From contig NW_027272550.1 of the NCBI RefSeq assembly GCF_040938485.1, positions 62,001 through 126,000 on the forward strand: a DNA stretch of 64,000 nucleotides, read 5' to 3'. This document shows, one piece after another, positions 13,601 to 26,993 of this stretch; positions within the stretch are counted from its first letter, which is position 1, and each line of letters starts with the position of its first letter. The notes beneath the pieces are model-generated. The model saw nothing but the letters and a program-made list of their open reading frames with translations, was not told where the DNA came from and searched no databases. Both the position numbers and the translations under genes were made by a program. The stretch is from Diadema antillarum (lineage: Eukaryota).

Positions 13601-16284
13601 GACTCCACGTGGCGCCAGAAAATGACTCTCCAATTGAAATTCATCATCGGTTCACTGTATCATCAAATTCGATATATTAGGAACATGAATGAGTGTCTGA
13701 AACATCGAGCTTCACTGGGAAGCGTCTCGTCGCAGACGGAATACACTGAATGGAAAATAATGAGGGTGAATTCACCCCCATGTACACCACACTATCTGCC
13801 TACCATTTCAGGAAAATGCACACAGGGCACACACAGCAGAAGTGGCTCTTTCAACTCCCTGCCCAATTGCGTAGCAGATATTTATGATAATCCCCATATA
13901 GCTTCGGTACAGATCGTATACTGTTTCAAAACGTCGAGGATAACTCAAGGCAAAGTGATTAACACTTTGTTCGCACTGAAAGATGAAAACGAGGACGAAC
14001 AAAAGAAAATGTTAAAACACATTCCACAGAGGAGATTTTGACTTTCTTTTACAAAGCGTTGATTAAACGTCATCAATCATCTTCGGCACAATCGCTTTTG
14101 CAGGTGACACCCAATACGAAATGCTTTCTTTAAAAAGCGTCCCCTAAATCGATTCCGCGTATGTAAATTAGCATGCTTCAGGATAATCTATAATTGACGT
14201 GAATTCGATCTGAACCCCTAGCAGCAAGCGTCGCGATAATTCCCATGTAACATGTCCGGCTCACGTGAGTTATAGCCTTAGACATCAATTTTTATGGTTG
14301 TCATACGGATCTCAGTTCACTTATTAAGAAGAATTAAGGCTCACAAAGCACACGAATATGAAGAAAAAACGTACCCTATATCTGATTTCGTGTGTACTTT
14401 CACTCATAAAGTCATTCAACTTGACACGTCTTCAAATAGTTAATAACAAATACATCTGCCAAACAATATGCTCCTCTGTCACTTTTGTAATTAATCATTA
14501 ACGTTTTTCAGTTCGTTTATAAAGGCACCTGAACATCATCTCCGACCCTGGATATTCATCATTTGGACTTGGGGGAATTTAACATCTGACAGCCGATTCA
14601 TTTAAATCAATCGCAATTCCCTTTTCTCCACTCACTACCACGCCGCGACTTTGCGTGTCGAAAGAAAGTCGGATCCTTATCGCAGTGTAAAACGTACTAA
14701 TGATTGACTATACTCGTGAGACATCGATATATCATCACCCGTGTCCGCCGCGCCAATTCGTTATTCTTGATGTACCATCGGCTCTTCCGCCGCTGTGGTG
14801 CGCACGCCGTATCGCACACGGGGGAAAAGCCGGTATGTTTGTCTTTGCAATCGTCGATGGGACGGATAGTGGACCGCTAGCCAGGGGCGCGCATTTTAAT
14901 TGATACACAAACTCTTAAGCAAACAGGACAAAGACTGCGAAAACGAGGATGTAAAGAAGAGGGTGGCACTACATGTAGGGATAAGATGTTCAAAGTAAAC
15001 GTAAATACATGAGGAAAGAAAGTTTAATCTTTCTGCTATTATGTCTAGCATTCACAACTCTAAACCCATCGCTCCTTTCAACGTCATTTTCGTAGAGAGA
15101 GAGAATACAAATGTACGGTCGATGATTCGCAAGGCAAAATATTTTTACGATATGTCAGGCCGAAAATTTCACCCTGTTCGCTTAGCCTCTCACGTTCAGA
15201 CGAACGGAAACAACCGGAGGCGTAAGCCCCTATACCATGAATGTTTTCGAGTTAGAGAAGAAAAACACGGATTGAATAGCGCCCTTACACCACCACTTCT
15301 CGTTAACCTTTTCCACGAGCTGAAACAAGAAGTGATTTTGTGACATCAAAACCGGCAACAGCTCTCTCGCTCCGAACTATAACAGATGATACCTTTCCCT
15401 TGGGAGCCTCATCATTTGGTAGTAGAAATTGAGGAAATATAGCAAATGAGAGCTAGCAGCACGTCGCCACATTTGCGATATGAGCGATAATCAAATTCCG
15501 CTTGGATGACGACACAAAAGGGACTTCAACATCAATCCCGTAAAAAAGAATACTGGGAGTTTGCAACACCGAGAGACAGAAAACGAAAATGCCATTTCAG
15601 TGAGAAGGGTGTGAAAATTCAAGCCATTTCCCGCTCTTCGTTCCCGGTCCCTCGGCACGCTCCTAACTTCACATCAGTAAGAATCACATTTAATGTACGT
15701 CATATTTCCTGCCTCTGTCACGGTATTCGCGGTATTACTATTTCATGGCCAGAAAGTGAGTATAATATGTTTGCTAAAACCACGATATGAGATAGATACA
15801 AGGAGATTGGTGGTAGTAAAAGAGAAATAGAGCGAGATAGGAAAAGAGGGAGAAAAAAAAAACAGACAGAGACATTCGATACCCAAGCGTCGATGCGAAA
15901 ATAAATCGCATAATTCACGCGTTAATGCCGGTGAAACCGATCGGACAAAGAATGAATCGGCGTGCGTTGATTCTCGGTAAAAAGACATTAGTGTGCCTGA
16001 GTCGATCCTACGGATTGCGATCTCATATACGTCCACTCCCCCCCCCCCCCTTACTTTTTATTGGAATATTACTCATATACAAGGCAGAAATCACACAAAT
16101 ATTGTATCACTTACACCTAGAGCACGAAATAGCAAATAGAAAAATCCAAGAAACAATGGCATACATAAGATTTTAGTTATTGATGTGATGACGATTTCAG
16201 TGTCGATTTTTTTTTTCTTGTATGTCAAGGGCATTATCATGAAACTCTACCCTAATTTCATATAACGTTGCATGTATAAGTATA

Positions 16285-16292
16285 TATATATA

Positions 16293-16324
<32 letters not shown>

Positions 16325-16487
16325 GGTGTGTGTGTGTATGTGTGAGAGAGAGTAAAGATTTAAGATTGATCACTTATAACGACTGGTAGAACTATTGAAT
16401 GATATCCATTTGAGTTGACACCATCTATCTAATTTGCTGTGTGTTCATATCTTATGCTGATTTATATTCGGCTTGTGTGTCTGTGTG

Positions 16488-16525
<38 letters not shown>

Positions 16526-16532
16526 TGTCTGC
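16285..16532. repeat. Two (TG)n microsatellites (about 16293-16344 and 16474-16532)
   Basis: Direct reading. Confidence 0.93.
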
Positions 16533-19487
16533 GTGCAAAGATCCCCATCCACTACTTTTCCCTTTGTATCTTTTTCATATGATTAATGTCCCTATGTAAA
16601 CTGACTTGCGCCGTCCTTCGAGAGTGGGTGGAATTTATGATCTACATTCCATATACGGTAGACATTGGTCCCTTCATAAGCTGTTATTTCTTTCACATCT
16701 GATTATATCTATAAACGCAGTTTCGTTGCATATTAAAGTCAACTACATTAACCGTCTGCTGAGTGAAATGACAGCTGAATAGACCGTTAACAATTAAGGC
16801 CATCTAGGCAAGAATGGGTTAAAATGATGGGCAGAAAGCGAGTGGAAAGACTGAATCGATGGAAAAAGAAGCTGGCATTAATTCAAACATTGTCAAACGG
16901 GCGTCTTCATTCGATGTACCTCCGTACACATTTTACGCATTAGTATACCAGTTTTATTCACTTATAACTTAGAAGGCGCAATGTAAAGATGAAAGTTCTT
17001 GTTCTGTTCTAATGCAGGCAAACTTTTGTAAATATGAATTTCGGTTTGTGCAGATTCATTGAATTTCACCATTTTCATCTCATCTTTCTCCAAATTACGA
17101 GCTGCATTAAAATTCAGCGTTACCAAATCTACACAATAATGACAAGATTATAATGTCTGCACCAAAATTCCCGCAGGAGTCAATTTAGTAATGCGAATAG
17201 CTTCTCAACAGTCGCTGTACTTCACATACGCGTCCTCCAATACTTCATACGAATTGTACGTATGTCACACGATACCATGCCAACATTAGTTAACCAATAC
17301 TCCCCAAAACTTTTTCCACTCTTCTCACAGAAACTTTCCCTTCATTTATCTCTATACATCTCAGGTCCGTCCAGCTATCTGTGTTCTATGACTTGCCGAA
17401 TCTTCTCAGAGCCTCTTATCTCGGAGTTAATAATGAGGATGAGTACATATCACTCCTTGAGAAAGATGAGTGTCACAGCGGTCTGGCAAACATCGCTTGA
17501 GATGCAGGCACTATCACACCGCACCGGTATGATCTCGGCTGCACTTGTCCTATCCACACTAAATCCAACTTCCACTATTACTGTCCTACTTTGGTATAGA
17601 AGCAAGAATATAATATGTTACAATTCATCCAGATCTAAGTCATATCAAACTTGTAAGATGTTCCCATGGAATTCTAGCCCAACATTACACACTGCCTCCA
17701 CATTCCATATTCCCAGTCAAGTCGCAATGCAGATTATCTTCGTCTAAATTGCAGGCATCTAAATACGTAATGTTTACATCTTGGAAAAATTTTATAATGG
17801 CAAATATCCAATAGAGAAAGAGAAAGTGTTATAAAATTTAAGACATTTCATCCTTTTGTCTTCGCCTTTTCATACTTTGAACTACTTTTAGACCAACGAA
17901 TATACACACAAGTATTTCACTTTGAAGATAGTATCATTCTGAATTGAAACAAATAGGTGATATGTTTCAAGTAAGCGTGATGAAAGGCAAAGGTTCAGAT
18001 ACCTTTTAACCGTTTGGCTATCATTGTTGCGACTTTCACACGCCATATCCTGTGACCTTCATTAGCAATTTATAACATATAACAACATGAAAATGTGTGT
18101 CCTCCCAGGAAATTAATGTAACATCAAATGGACTGAATAAAAGAAATAAATTGATAGGACATTGCTTTTACCATCTCTGCAACTCATCGCAATTATATCA
18201 AACTGCACCGATTTTTTTTCCCGCATCAGAGGATCGCCAATGAGACATCAAGAGCGACAAGAAATACCAATTCACTTAATTGATACATCCAGTCCCTTTT
18301 CACATCTAATATGCCGTAATGGAAAGAGAATGCAAGACGAGTTGCTGCTGGCCTTGCTGGCAATATTCTGCTCTGAAATGCGTGGAAAACATCGACAAAA
18401 AGAATTAAAGCGTGCGATTCAGCGCTTAATGACCAAGGTAATGGCTTTTTTCAGCATGTAGCACCAAGATACATCAATCATCATTCTGTATTTCTCGGTC
18501 TCTGTCCCCCGCACATGCGATGCTGTGTGTTTATGACAGGGTTATATATCTAAAACACATTATGATTTGCTAAATTGCATCAACGGCGGAATGATGATAA
18601 CAGGAATAAGAGAAAACCTTCCATTTTTGATTGAATAATGATGCAAAAGTGGTTCTTTCAGGTGTAACTGTCGCCACAACTCGCTCGCGCTGAGAGGGGT
18701 CAAACGAAAAGTCGCGTTAGCTTCTATTAGATGAATAGCGCGCTCTTTGCATGGGTGAATGGCATAAAATAAGGATGAAATGCCGCATTATTTTACCAGT
18801 TTGATATCAAGGTGTTTTTTTTTCCAATCGAGATGAATCACAATGAAATGCATATTAGACGAATATTGTCATGTCCCGAATGATTACGACAACTGTCAGA
18901 AGTGATCATGATAGAAAAAATATATATATTTTCTCTGATGAAATATCGGGTGAAAAAATACAATCTACAAGTATATTTTCTGCTGCTCGTTGAAAAATAC
19001 CTAACTTTTTCAAGGAAACGAAACGTTTATGTGCTTGAATAATATGTATCTGAAGAACATGTATATCTTATGGCATATTATAAGACATAATATCTATGTA
19101 GGACCATCGTCATCCTTTCATTGCATTCCAACATGGGACGTATTCTTCAGGCGGGACATATTCCCCTGCTACAAAGATGTCTCGCTGAATAATATACACT
19201 TATGGTCTTATTCCTGGTCACTGACAAATTTCCCTGCCATTAATTAGGCATGCGGTAGCGGTCGATATCGGCGGCATAATGAAGTACCACTTAATATGGG
19301 CAAACGAGATTTCCCTCAGTCCAATAAATATCACTCCGGGCTTGATAAAATATCTGAGGGAAAACGGGAGGGCGTGTGAGCGAAAGAGACCAGGAGCCCA
19401 CTTCATTACGAATGGCCCGAAGCTCTCATCGGAATCAAAACGTTATTCTACGCACTCCTTCTGAATAACGGATGCAAGGAGTGACGG

Positions 19488-19582
19488 AAAGAAGAAGAAG
19501 AAGAAGAAGAAGAAGAAGAAGAAGAAGAAGAAGAAGAAGAAGAAAAAAAAGAAGAAAAAGAAGAAGAAGAAGAAGAAGAAGA
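19488..19582. repeat. (GAA)n polypurine microsatellite
   Basis: About 30 GAA units with two A-run interruptions; gives the poly-Ser ORF 19448-19678. Confidence 0.97.
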
Positions 19583-20110
19583 TAATAAGCGGAGAGCAGG
19601 ACGGCGATATTCTGCGGTATGATCGCGAGGCGTGCGATCGCTTATCGAGGGGGATTTAATATAATAACGACGCAGCATTACATCTTAACGGAGCCGAAAT
19701 GATGAGCCATAGTCTCCCAAAGTAATCGCCAACCCCGACAGGCCTTTGGGAAATGGGCAACAACGATGGATCAAAGTCAAAGAGAGAGAAAAAAAAAGAA
19801 AGAAAGAGAAAGCGAAAGAGTAGATATGAAGCTGCCCCGGCAGAGGTCTTGATTTCCGTCGTGACCAGGAGTCGAGGGGTTTACCATATCTGGTACTTCA
19901 AGAAGTCACTTTTCCTCCCTTTTTCTGTTGTCCATCATCCATATCGTTCGCACTTGTCCTTGCCTCGTGATTTATTTATTGAGCCAAGAGGAGGGTGATA
20001 GTCCTTATATATGGGTAGGCGGAATGCAACCCTTCGAAAGGCGAGGTCATCGATTTGAGATCGATTGGGATACTCGTCATCTTCAAAGTGCATGATTCTA
20101 TATCTATATT

Positions 20111-20310
20111 CTTTGCTTCATACTGTACGACAACATCGTTCGCACTCCTTGTGTTTTCTCTTGCTAGATTTTTTTTTTTTACGTATTCGTGTAGTTCTTT
20201 AAAGCATGATTTTATGTCTCTCTTTCTTTGCTTCATGATGCACGACATCGTTCGCACTCCTTGCGTTTTCTCTTTCAGAATTTTTTTTTCGTATTTGCGT
20301 CGTTCTTTCA
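20111..20310. repeat. Imperfect tandem duplication, period about 115 bp
   Basis: CTTTGCTTCAT...ACRACATCGTTCGCACTCCTTGYGTTTTCTC...TTTTTTTTT(A)CGTATT occurs starting at 20111 and at 20226. Confidence 0.88.
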
Positions 20311-21084
20311 TTCATCATTCAGATGATAAGATTAAAAGAGCCCCCAAAGTTAATATCCATGAAGACATCAACAGTTCTAAAATATGCAATATGAAGATAA
20401 AGATATCATGTCTTGAGATAATCGCAGAAACACTAAACAGCGTTGAGAAAGTAAGAAAAGCCTTCTGCGTGCTAAATAAAGAATTAAGTCTTTACTTCGC
20501 ATGAATATTCTACCAACTCACGCCGCCTGACGCCTCACAGTGAACTCTCTTTGCAGTACTTTTTAAGCGAGTGCCTATCACCAAAACATGAATGTTTTTA
20601 CGGTATTGGCCTTGATTCAAGTCTGTACATGATTTGTGCACCATCTCTTCTTCCGGAAAGAACATTCCCTCCTACCTACCAAGTACGGGTATAGTACGAT
20701 CGACATCCTACGGGGTTTACATGAAATTCCAACAACAACGACAACAACAACAACAAAATAGGGGTATTGAATGTACCAGTGATTATTACCATGAGGAACT
20801 AATCATTATGCAATGTTATTCATTTCGTTATTGTTTTTTTTCCAGAAATTGACACTATTTATGGTAGCTTTCATCAATATTGATAGTAGTGTGAATATAA
20901 AAACATGAGTATACTATTCAATGAAAGTCTAAAATATCAATGGTAACTGTGACATAGCGTTAACAAATCTCTGCAGCATATTATCCGTTTGAAATACAAA
21001 ATGTGTAACTCATGTAATCAATGATATGCAGATTGCAGCCCGCATATCCATCCAGAAACGTGCCATTCATTGCTTCTTTGCTAT

Positions 21085-21116
<32 letters not shown>

Positions 21117-21309
21117 TGGTCAATCTTTCAAAACCAGAGTTCAACGTGTATCAAACTATGAAAGAAATTACAAAGTTAAGGAGAATACAGCTATCGCACT
21201 AGAGGGAAGGAGAACTGCTGGGTCCGGAGACTGATGACATCTGCACCACCCGTTACGCTCGCCAGTCAATGCCGGCAAAGAGAACAGAGACAGAGACGGA
21301 AAGACAGAA

Positions 21310-21456
21310 NNNNNNNNNNNNNNNNNNNNNNNNNNNNNNNNNNNNNNNNNNNNNNNNNNNNNNNNNNNNNNNNNNNNNNNNNNNNNNNNNNNNNNNNNNN
21401 NNNNNNNNNNNNNNNNNNNNNNNNNNNNNNNNNNNNNNNNNNNNNNNNNNNNNNNN
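21310..21456. other. Assembly gap (147 N)
   Basis: Run of N. Confidence 1.
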
Positions 21457-21462
21457 TTCCAG

Positions 21463-21534
21463 GGTTCGCAGACGATTTATGATGATGGAGTCGGTCTACT
21501 TGAACTTGACATGAGAAGTGAAGCGGCCAGATAT
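21463..21534 (+). CDS. Candidate 72-nt internal coding exon (GSQTIYDDGVGLLELDMRSEAARY), unknown protein
   Basis: TTCCAG acceptor directly after the gap and TAT|GTAAGA donor; only the phase-0 frame is open; length is a multiple of 3. No homology recognised. Confidence 0.3.
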
Positions 21535-22198
21535 GTAAGACGGCAGCTACCAGCGATTGTTATTCATGGCGGGAATAACGTATTACTTTGGCGTGATTTA
21601 GATGCAAAATAAGTGGAAAAGCTCCGAGAATATTCTGATGTACTTTTTGCTCTGCTTTCCACTGTATGCCTGCTTAACATACCCCAAATTCCTTAAATCG
21701 CTCGATTGGAACAACATCAATATTGATCAATTTCAAACACAACATTTCTGCACAAAGACAAAATTTCTGCTGCTTTGATTAGGTCTAAAAGGTCATATGT
21801 CATAAAGAAACTGATATTAATCGTGATCTGGGCAATAACAGAATAGGCCTTTATAATACGAACATACTTCATCCTCAAACATCAATGACACTATCGGCTT
21901 TATGCCTTCATGTTTATTTTTCATTTAATAGATGGGCATGTGTTTGCCCGACGGGTGAATTAAGATGGATTTACATGAACTTAGCTGTAAGCCACAATGG
22001 ATCATCAGAATGTGCAGTTTCACTGTTGGATTTTTTATTTTTCATCGGAGGACTTTGAAACTTTTGCAAAGAAGCTCCATTTCGAAAATAAAAAACCAAA
22101 AATATGTTGACAGCGCCGATTCGGAAGACAAATAAGCATTATTTTGTTGTTGTTGCTGTTGTTGTTGTTATTGTTGTTGATCAGTTCATTTTTCTTTT

Positions 22199-22229
<31 letters not shown>

Positions 22230-24048
22230 CCGACGGTAACAAAAACCAACGAGGCACATCTAAAAAGTAGTATCTGTATGACGTCAAGGCACGAATCACG
22301 AAAATGTAATAAATCATCAGCTCGAATCATTTGATTAAGAACAAGAGCAGGAGCAACGCCGAAAAAAAAATCCCATCCATCTATCCTTGTCGTCTGCTCT
22401 TGATATGAACATTACGGGAGAAAAATAAAGCGGGCAAAGGCAGCTACTTACTGCAAAAAGTTGCTCATATATTTCCACTGTCTCACGACTTTCATATCTA
22501 CAGTAGCTAAAGAGCACGCACACCCACACAAAAATCCCAGGTAGAGAAATTTCGCTTGATATGGACTTCACATATAATACAGACGTTATATCAAAAGCTC
22601 TCGCGCGTGCTGTAAGGTCGGGGTGTTAATTCAGGCCTGGCGAATATTGAATAAAAAACTGCTCCATCTTTCCTGGCAGCCGATCCATCTTCGAGTTATT
22701 GCGGGAACAAGAAAGAAAACGCGAGAAATGTTACACGAGTTAGTCTCTGCGCCCGGATGTTAAAGCTAGTCAGCAGGGGTGATCAATCTATCTCTACTGA
22801 CCCGTAATGGATGGAAATGTTTCTCGAACGCTGCACGCTCTTGTCCTCGTAAATTGAACTGCTATTCTTCTTTCGTATAGCCTGTAAACACTTTATTGAA
22901 GATTTGAAGGTTTGCCATTCCATATTGTAATGTCCGCTGGTGGAATGCTACAAACTTTTATCACTTTAGGGGTGCCACGATAATTAAAGTTCCGTGACTA
23001 TTGCTTCTATCAAAACATAGCATGACTTAACCAATCATAGCTCAATAAACTGCATTTATAGACAGTGATTTCAGAAGTGGCAAAACAAAGGTTCAATGCA
23101 TATTTAAAGTGATATTTATGAAATTATGTCTGATTCTTCCCCTTTCATGCTTTTAATTTTCGCTGTCACGTCTTCTATTCTACGCAGTGCAGTCCTTTTA
23201 TATCCAACGCACACACGGTCTGATATGGCACGACTCTTTCATTGTCGACTCTGCTGAGTTTGTCTTTCACGACGGCCTTGGGACTACTGTTTTTCTTTTT
23301 CTTCATAATCTCGTGGGGGTATACACCCGTCTGAATTCCCATTCTTTGCGATATCCGTGTCCGACGGATTGATAAATGAAGGATAATCCACAACCATCCT
23401 CTTCTCACATGAGGGTCACCCGGGCAGATTTATTTACCCACCGATGTTTGCCAACACTCAACCTACTCTCTAGCGTTGGCTAAATGGGAAATTATGGTCC
23501 ATCGTTAAACCGACGCCGGCAGTGGAAGAGCAAACAGACTGAGATGAATAGCCAGCTCCGAGCCGGAGCTCCTGCCGTCTGATCGCCCCCATCACATTCT
23601 AGAGCAAGCGTACATAGCCACCATCATTTTTGTTTTCTTTACGACTCATAGTGGAAAAAAGACAACCTTAACCCATCGCCTACGAGAACACGATCGGCCC
23701 TGCATTGTTTACTATTGGGACTATTGATTAGAAAAAAAATGGGCGAGTTGCCACATTTGATACATATGTAAAGGTCAGTTGTATCACAAAACATCCTACC
23801 ATAATTATAAAGATTTCGCAATAAAGCTTAAAATAATTACAGGGAGATATCACTCTTTTTCTCAACAAACCATAACTGTATACCGTTAATCTATAAACAA
23901 TGTTCAAATTGTGTATATTCGACATTGATTATAGTGGGTTTTTTTTTAACATTGGTTGTTTCTATCCCTGTCCCACATTTCAGAACTATTTTGAAGCACA
24001 ACAGCTGTTTTTTTGTTTCATCGGCAAATGGTAATTAGTGACTTTGTA

Positions 24049-24195
24049 AGGGAATTTCAGATCCTGGTGTACCTTTCCCATAGGGAATTTTAGGTCTTTT
24101 GTGCTTTTCTCGTATAGAGAATTCCAGGTCTTGTGCTCTTCCCCGTAAGGAATATCAGGTCCTGTGCTTTTCCTAGAGGGAATTTCAGGATCTTG
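24049..24195. repeat. Minisatellite, about 4.6 copies of a 29-34 bp unit (consensus approx. AGGGAATTTCAGGTCTTGTGCTTTTCCCRTA)
   Basis: Copies start at 24049, 24082, 24116, 24148 and 24177. Confidence 0.9.
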
Positions 24196-26809
24196 CATGA
24201 AATGCGTTAAGATGAATGATAATTACAAATGAAACGGCTGGCACAAGGGCGGTAGTCCATTTTCGCAAAGAGTGCTACGTGATAAATTGAAATTCCCGTT
24301 GAGATAGGCCCTACTGTCTATGTCTTTAATATCTGCAAATGCCCTGATGAGAAGATTGAACACACGAGAAGATGAGGGAATGTCCCATCAGTTACATCAT
24401 TTGCAAGACATCACATTATTGGTTAAATCGCTATTCCTACTCCACGGACAAACAACTCTCTTCGCATTGCATCTGCGACCTTCTACCACTCACAGAGAAG
24501 TGACGAGTCCGCATTCACGTAATGTGCTGTCTGTGCTATTGATCATGTCCTCGTTTTTGCCTCGTTAATCATGTCAGGCAAAATGAGAATGCTCTGCCTC
24601 CGTCGAGTATTGCGTCCTCTAAGGAATCAATGGCATTTCCGAATCCTTCTACACGGAAGAAACACGTCGATATAATGACAGATGAGCTCAACAATGCTCA
24701 ATATTAACTTAATGAACCACGTGAAACTATCTTTGTAGATTTCCCCGTAATCAACTTTCAACCAATTCTTTAAGAGCGCGCAATATTTTCATGAGAATAC
24801 AGCAATTTTGATTGAACCAAGGCTAGACGAACTCAAGGTCATTCTCCTGATCAAAGTTACTCGTAGTCAGTCGACTAGCGTTACCGGTAATCTTTCGAGG
24901 GAATCGGGCTCACCAGCACCCTATCCTCCCGATGTATGAGGAGGGTGCGATCAATTTCAATGTGAACACGCCTCTAGAGTTAAGCAATACCTCAATTAGA
25001 TGATGGTTATAGCTGGAATGGTCTGAGATACCATGCTATCTACGATCAATGATAGAGATTTTGACAAGATCTATCCCAACCCTCCTGCATACCTCACCTA
25101 CTCATGTTTCTCATGTTCTTTCCTCCTCAGTCATACTCTCTTCTATACGACTCTCACACAGAGAGAAACGCATACAAGGAAACGTATGTCTCCCTCTTCT
25201 TCCTCCATCTATCACTTTCGTTTGTTCCTCTGTTGCCCAACAGACACACTTGCTAGCATGCATGACTGTCGCCATTCGTCAGGCACATTCGCGCGAGCAC
25301 TTCGAGTGAACGAAATAGATGGGGCTTGTCTCCTACGGGACAAGGTCCCTCCTTTCGTGCTTGCCAGGGGTTATTCATATCCTTTGATCCCCCTCGGGCC
25401 TACCGGAGGAGCAGCGGCAACACCTTCTGGCCGGTCCCTGTTCTCAGCAGTAATCCCGAACAGCCCGCTGTAAATCCTTTAGGGGGGTGGGATCATCAAA
25501 CTTTTCCCCCCTCTCAGCTTAAAGTCTGCGACGCTTAACACCGCTACGTGATCTGGAGCTACTGTGGCTGCTGTCTCTCTCGGATCCCTCTTCCACACGC
25601 AGCCGTCTCGACAGTCATGAATATCCATGCCACGTTTTCACCTTACGGCCACCATACCTTCACGGTGCTATCTCCCGCGGGACCTATCGATTCTGGACCA
25701 TTTTCGACAAAGAAGGATCTCACTCATCGATATCTTTCTCCCGTACGCCGATATTAAGTTGGATGGTGTTATGCTCTTCTCACAGAGTCAATGGATACGA
25801 ACACGCACATACGCACAAACCCACACACCTACACACCCACACACACGAGCGATCACATACAGGAATGTTCAACGATTTCTTTCAGTCACTGGCCGTGTCT
25901 GCCCGCTCCAACAGAATCTCCTCCCTCAAAAGGCAGGTTTTTTGACACCAAAAAAAAAAAAATAAAGTATTTTCTGCATCACAAGAATATGATTTTTATT
26001 TCATCGTTGTTCATTGGATATATTCATTGTAGCACTACAAACAATCAGAGATAAGTAGTTTAGCGCACGTGTGTAGACGTGTGTATGTGCACCTGTAGGC
26101 TCAATTCAGTTTCCGATTTCAGAATTTCTAAATAATCCGACAGAAGTTAGTATATCTGGGCTTCATACCGAACGGGGATTTGACAACTGTGCTTTAGTTG
26201 GCACCGTGAAGATCTTGCAATTTAACAAATTAGTGCAGGTTGCCTAGCGACGGCTTGGCAAACGTCAACCACTTAGGAGCATTTATGTTATTACTATGGT
26301 AGCTGTAAAAAGTCCTTTCACAGCAGCAGATACTGAGCCAGGGTCCATTATGCTTGGAGAGATTACATACAATATACATTATACCTCGCCATAGTCACGA
26401 TTTGCGATTTGAATTATCGTCTTTGAGAAGAGGTTTGATGGAACCGCAGCCTTATTCAACAATGCCTACATTGCTGCATACTCCTCAATCAGATTTTCTT
26501 TAACAACATTACCCTTAATCTCATGAGAACTGAGAAGAAAACATCGAAATCCTCCAAGAAAAATCCCTCCCTTAAATCGTCAAATAACAGCACAACAGAA
26601 ATCCAGAAAGCACGTCATGTGAAATCATTTGGGAAGGAAAGCATTTCAAAGTTGCATTCTTCTCTTTCGACCACTTCACATACGTCTGCATGACAAGATA
26701 AGTCTCGAAAAGAGCGCATGTTTGTCTCGAGTTTGTTTTGTGTGCGTGTATATGCGGTTTGTGTTTGTGGGATTTGGCGGATTTTTTTCCCTGTTTTTGT
26801 GTTTTACCT

Positions 26810-26993
26810 CACGCGCACGCCGCCCGCAGCTATTACGTGCGATTGGAGTTCGATGAAACGTGCTCTGCAGCGCCAGCGAGCACGAATTAGCATGGCGCAC
26901 GTGATATCGGATCCTCGCCTGAGCAGGTTCTCTACTCTGTCACGATAGAAGTCATGACTGAATAAAAAGAAAACGAAAGACATAAAGAATAAG
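26810..26993 (+). other. Candidate non-coding (5'UTR or lncRNA) exon ending at a perfect splice donor
   Basis: CpG-rich stretch with ATTGG (26842) and CACGTG (26898), ending at AAG|GTAAGT (GT at 26994-26995); all three frames have stops before the donor. Confidence 0.25.

Noticed and set aside
13556-14041. 161-aa ORF (and similar 160-200-aa ORFs at 17262, 57042 and 58757)
   Set aside because: No recognisable domain, motif or splice context; lengths are near the tail expected by chance when alternative starts are allowed.
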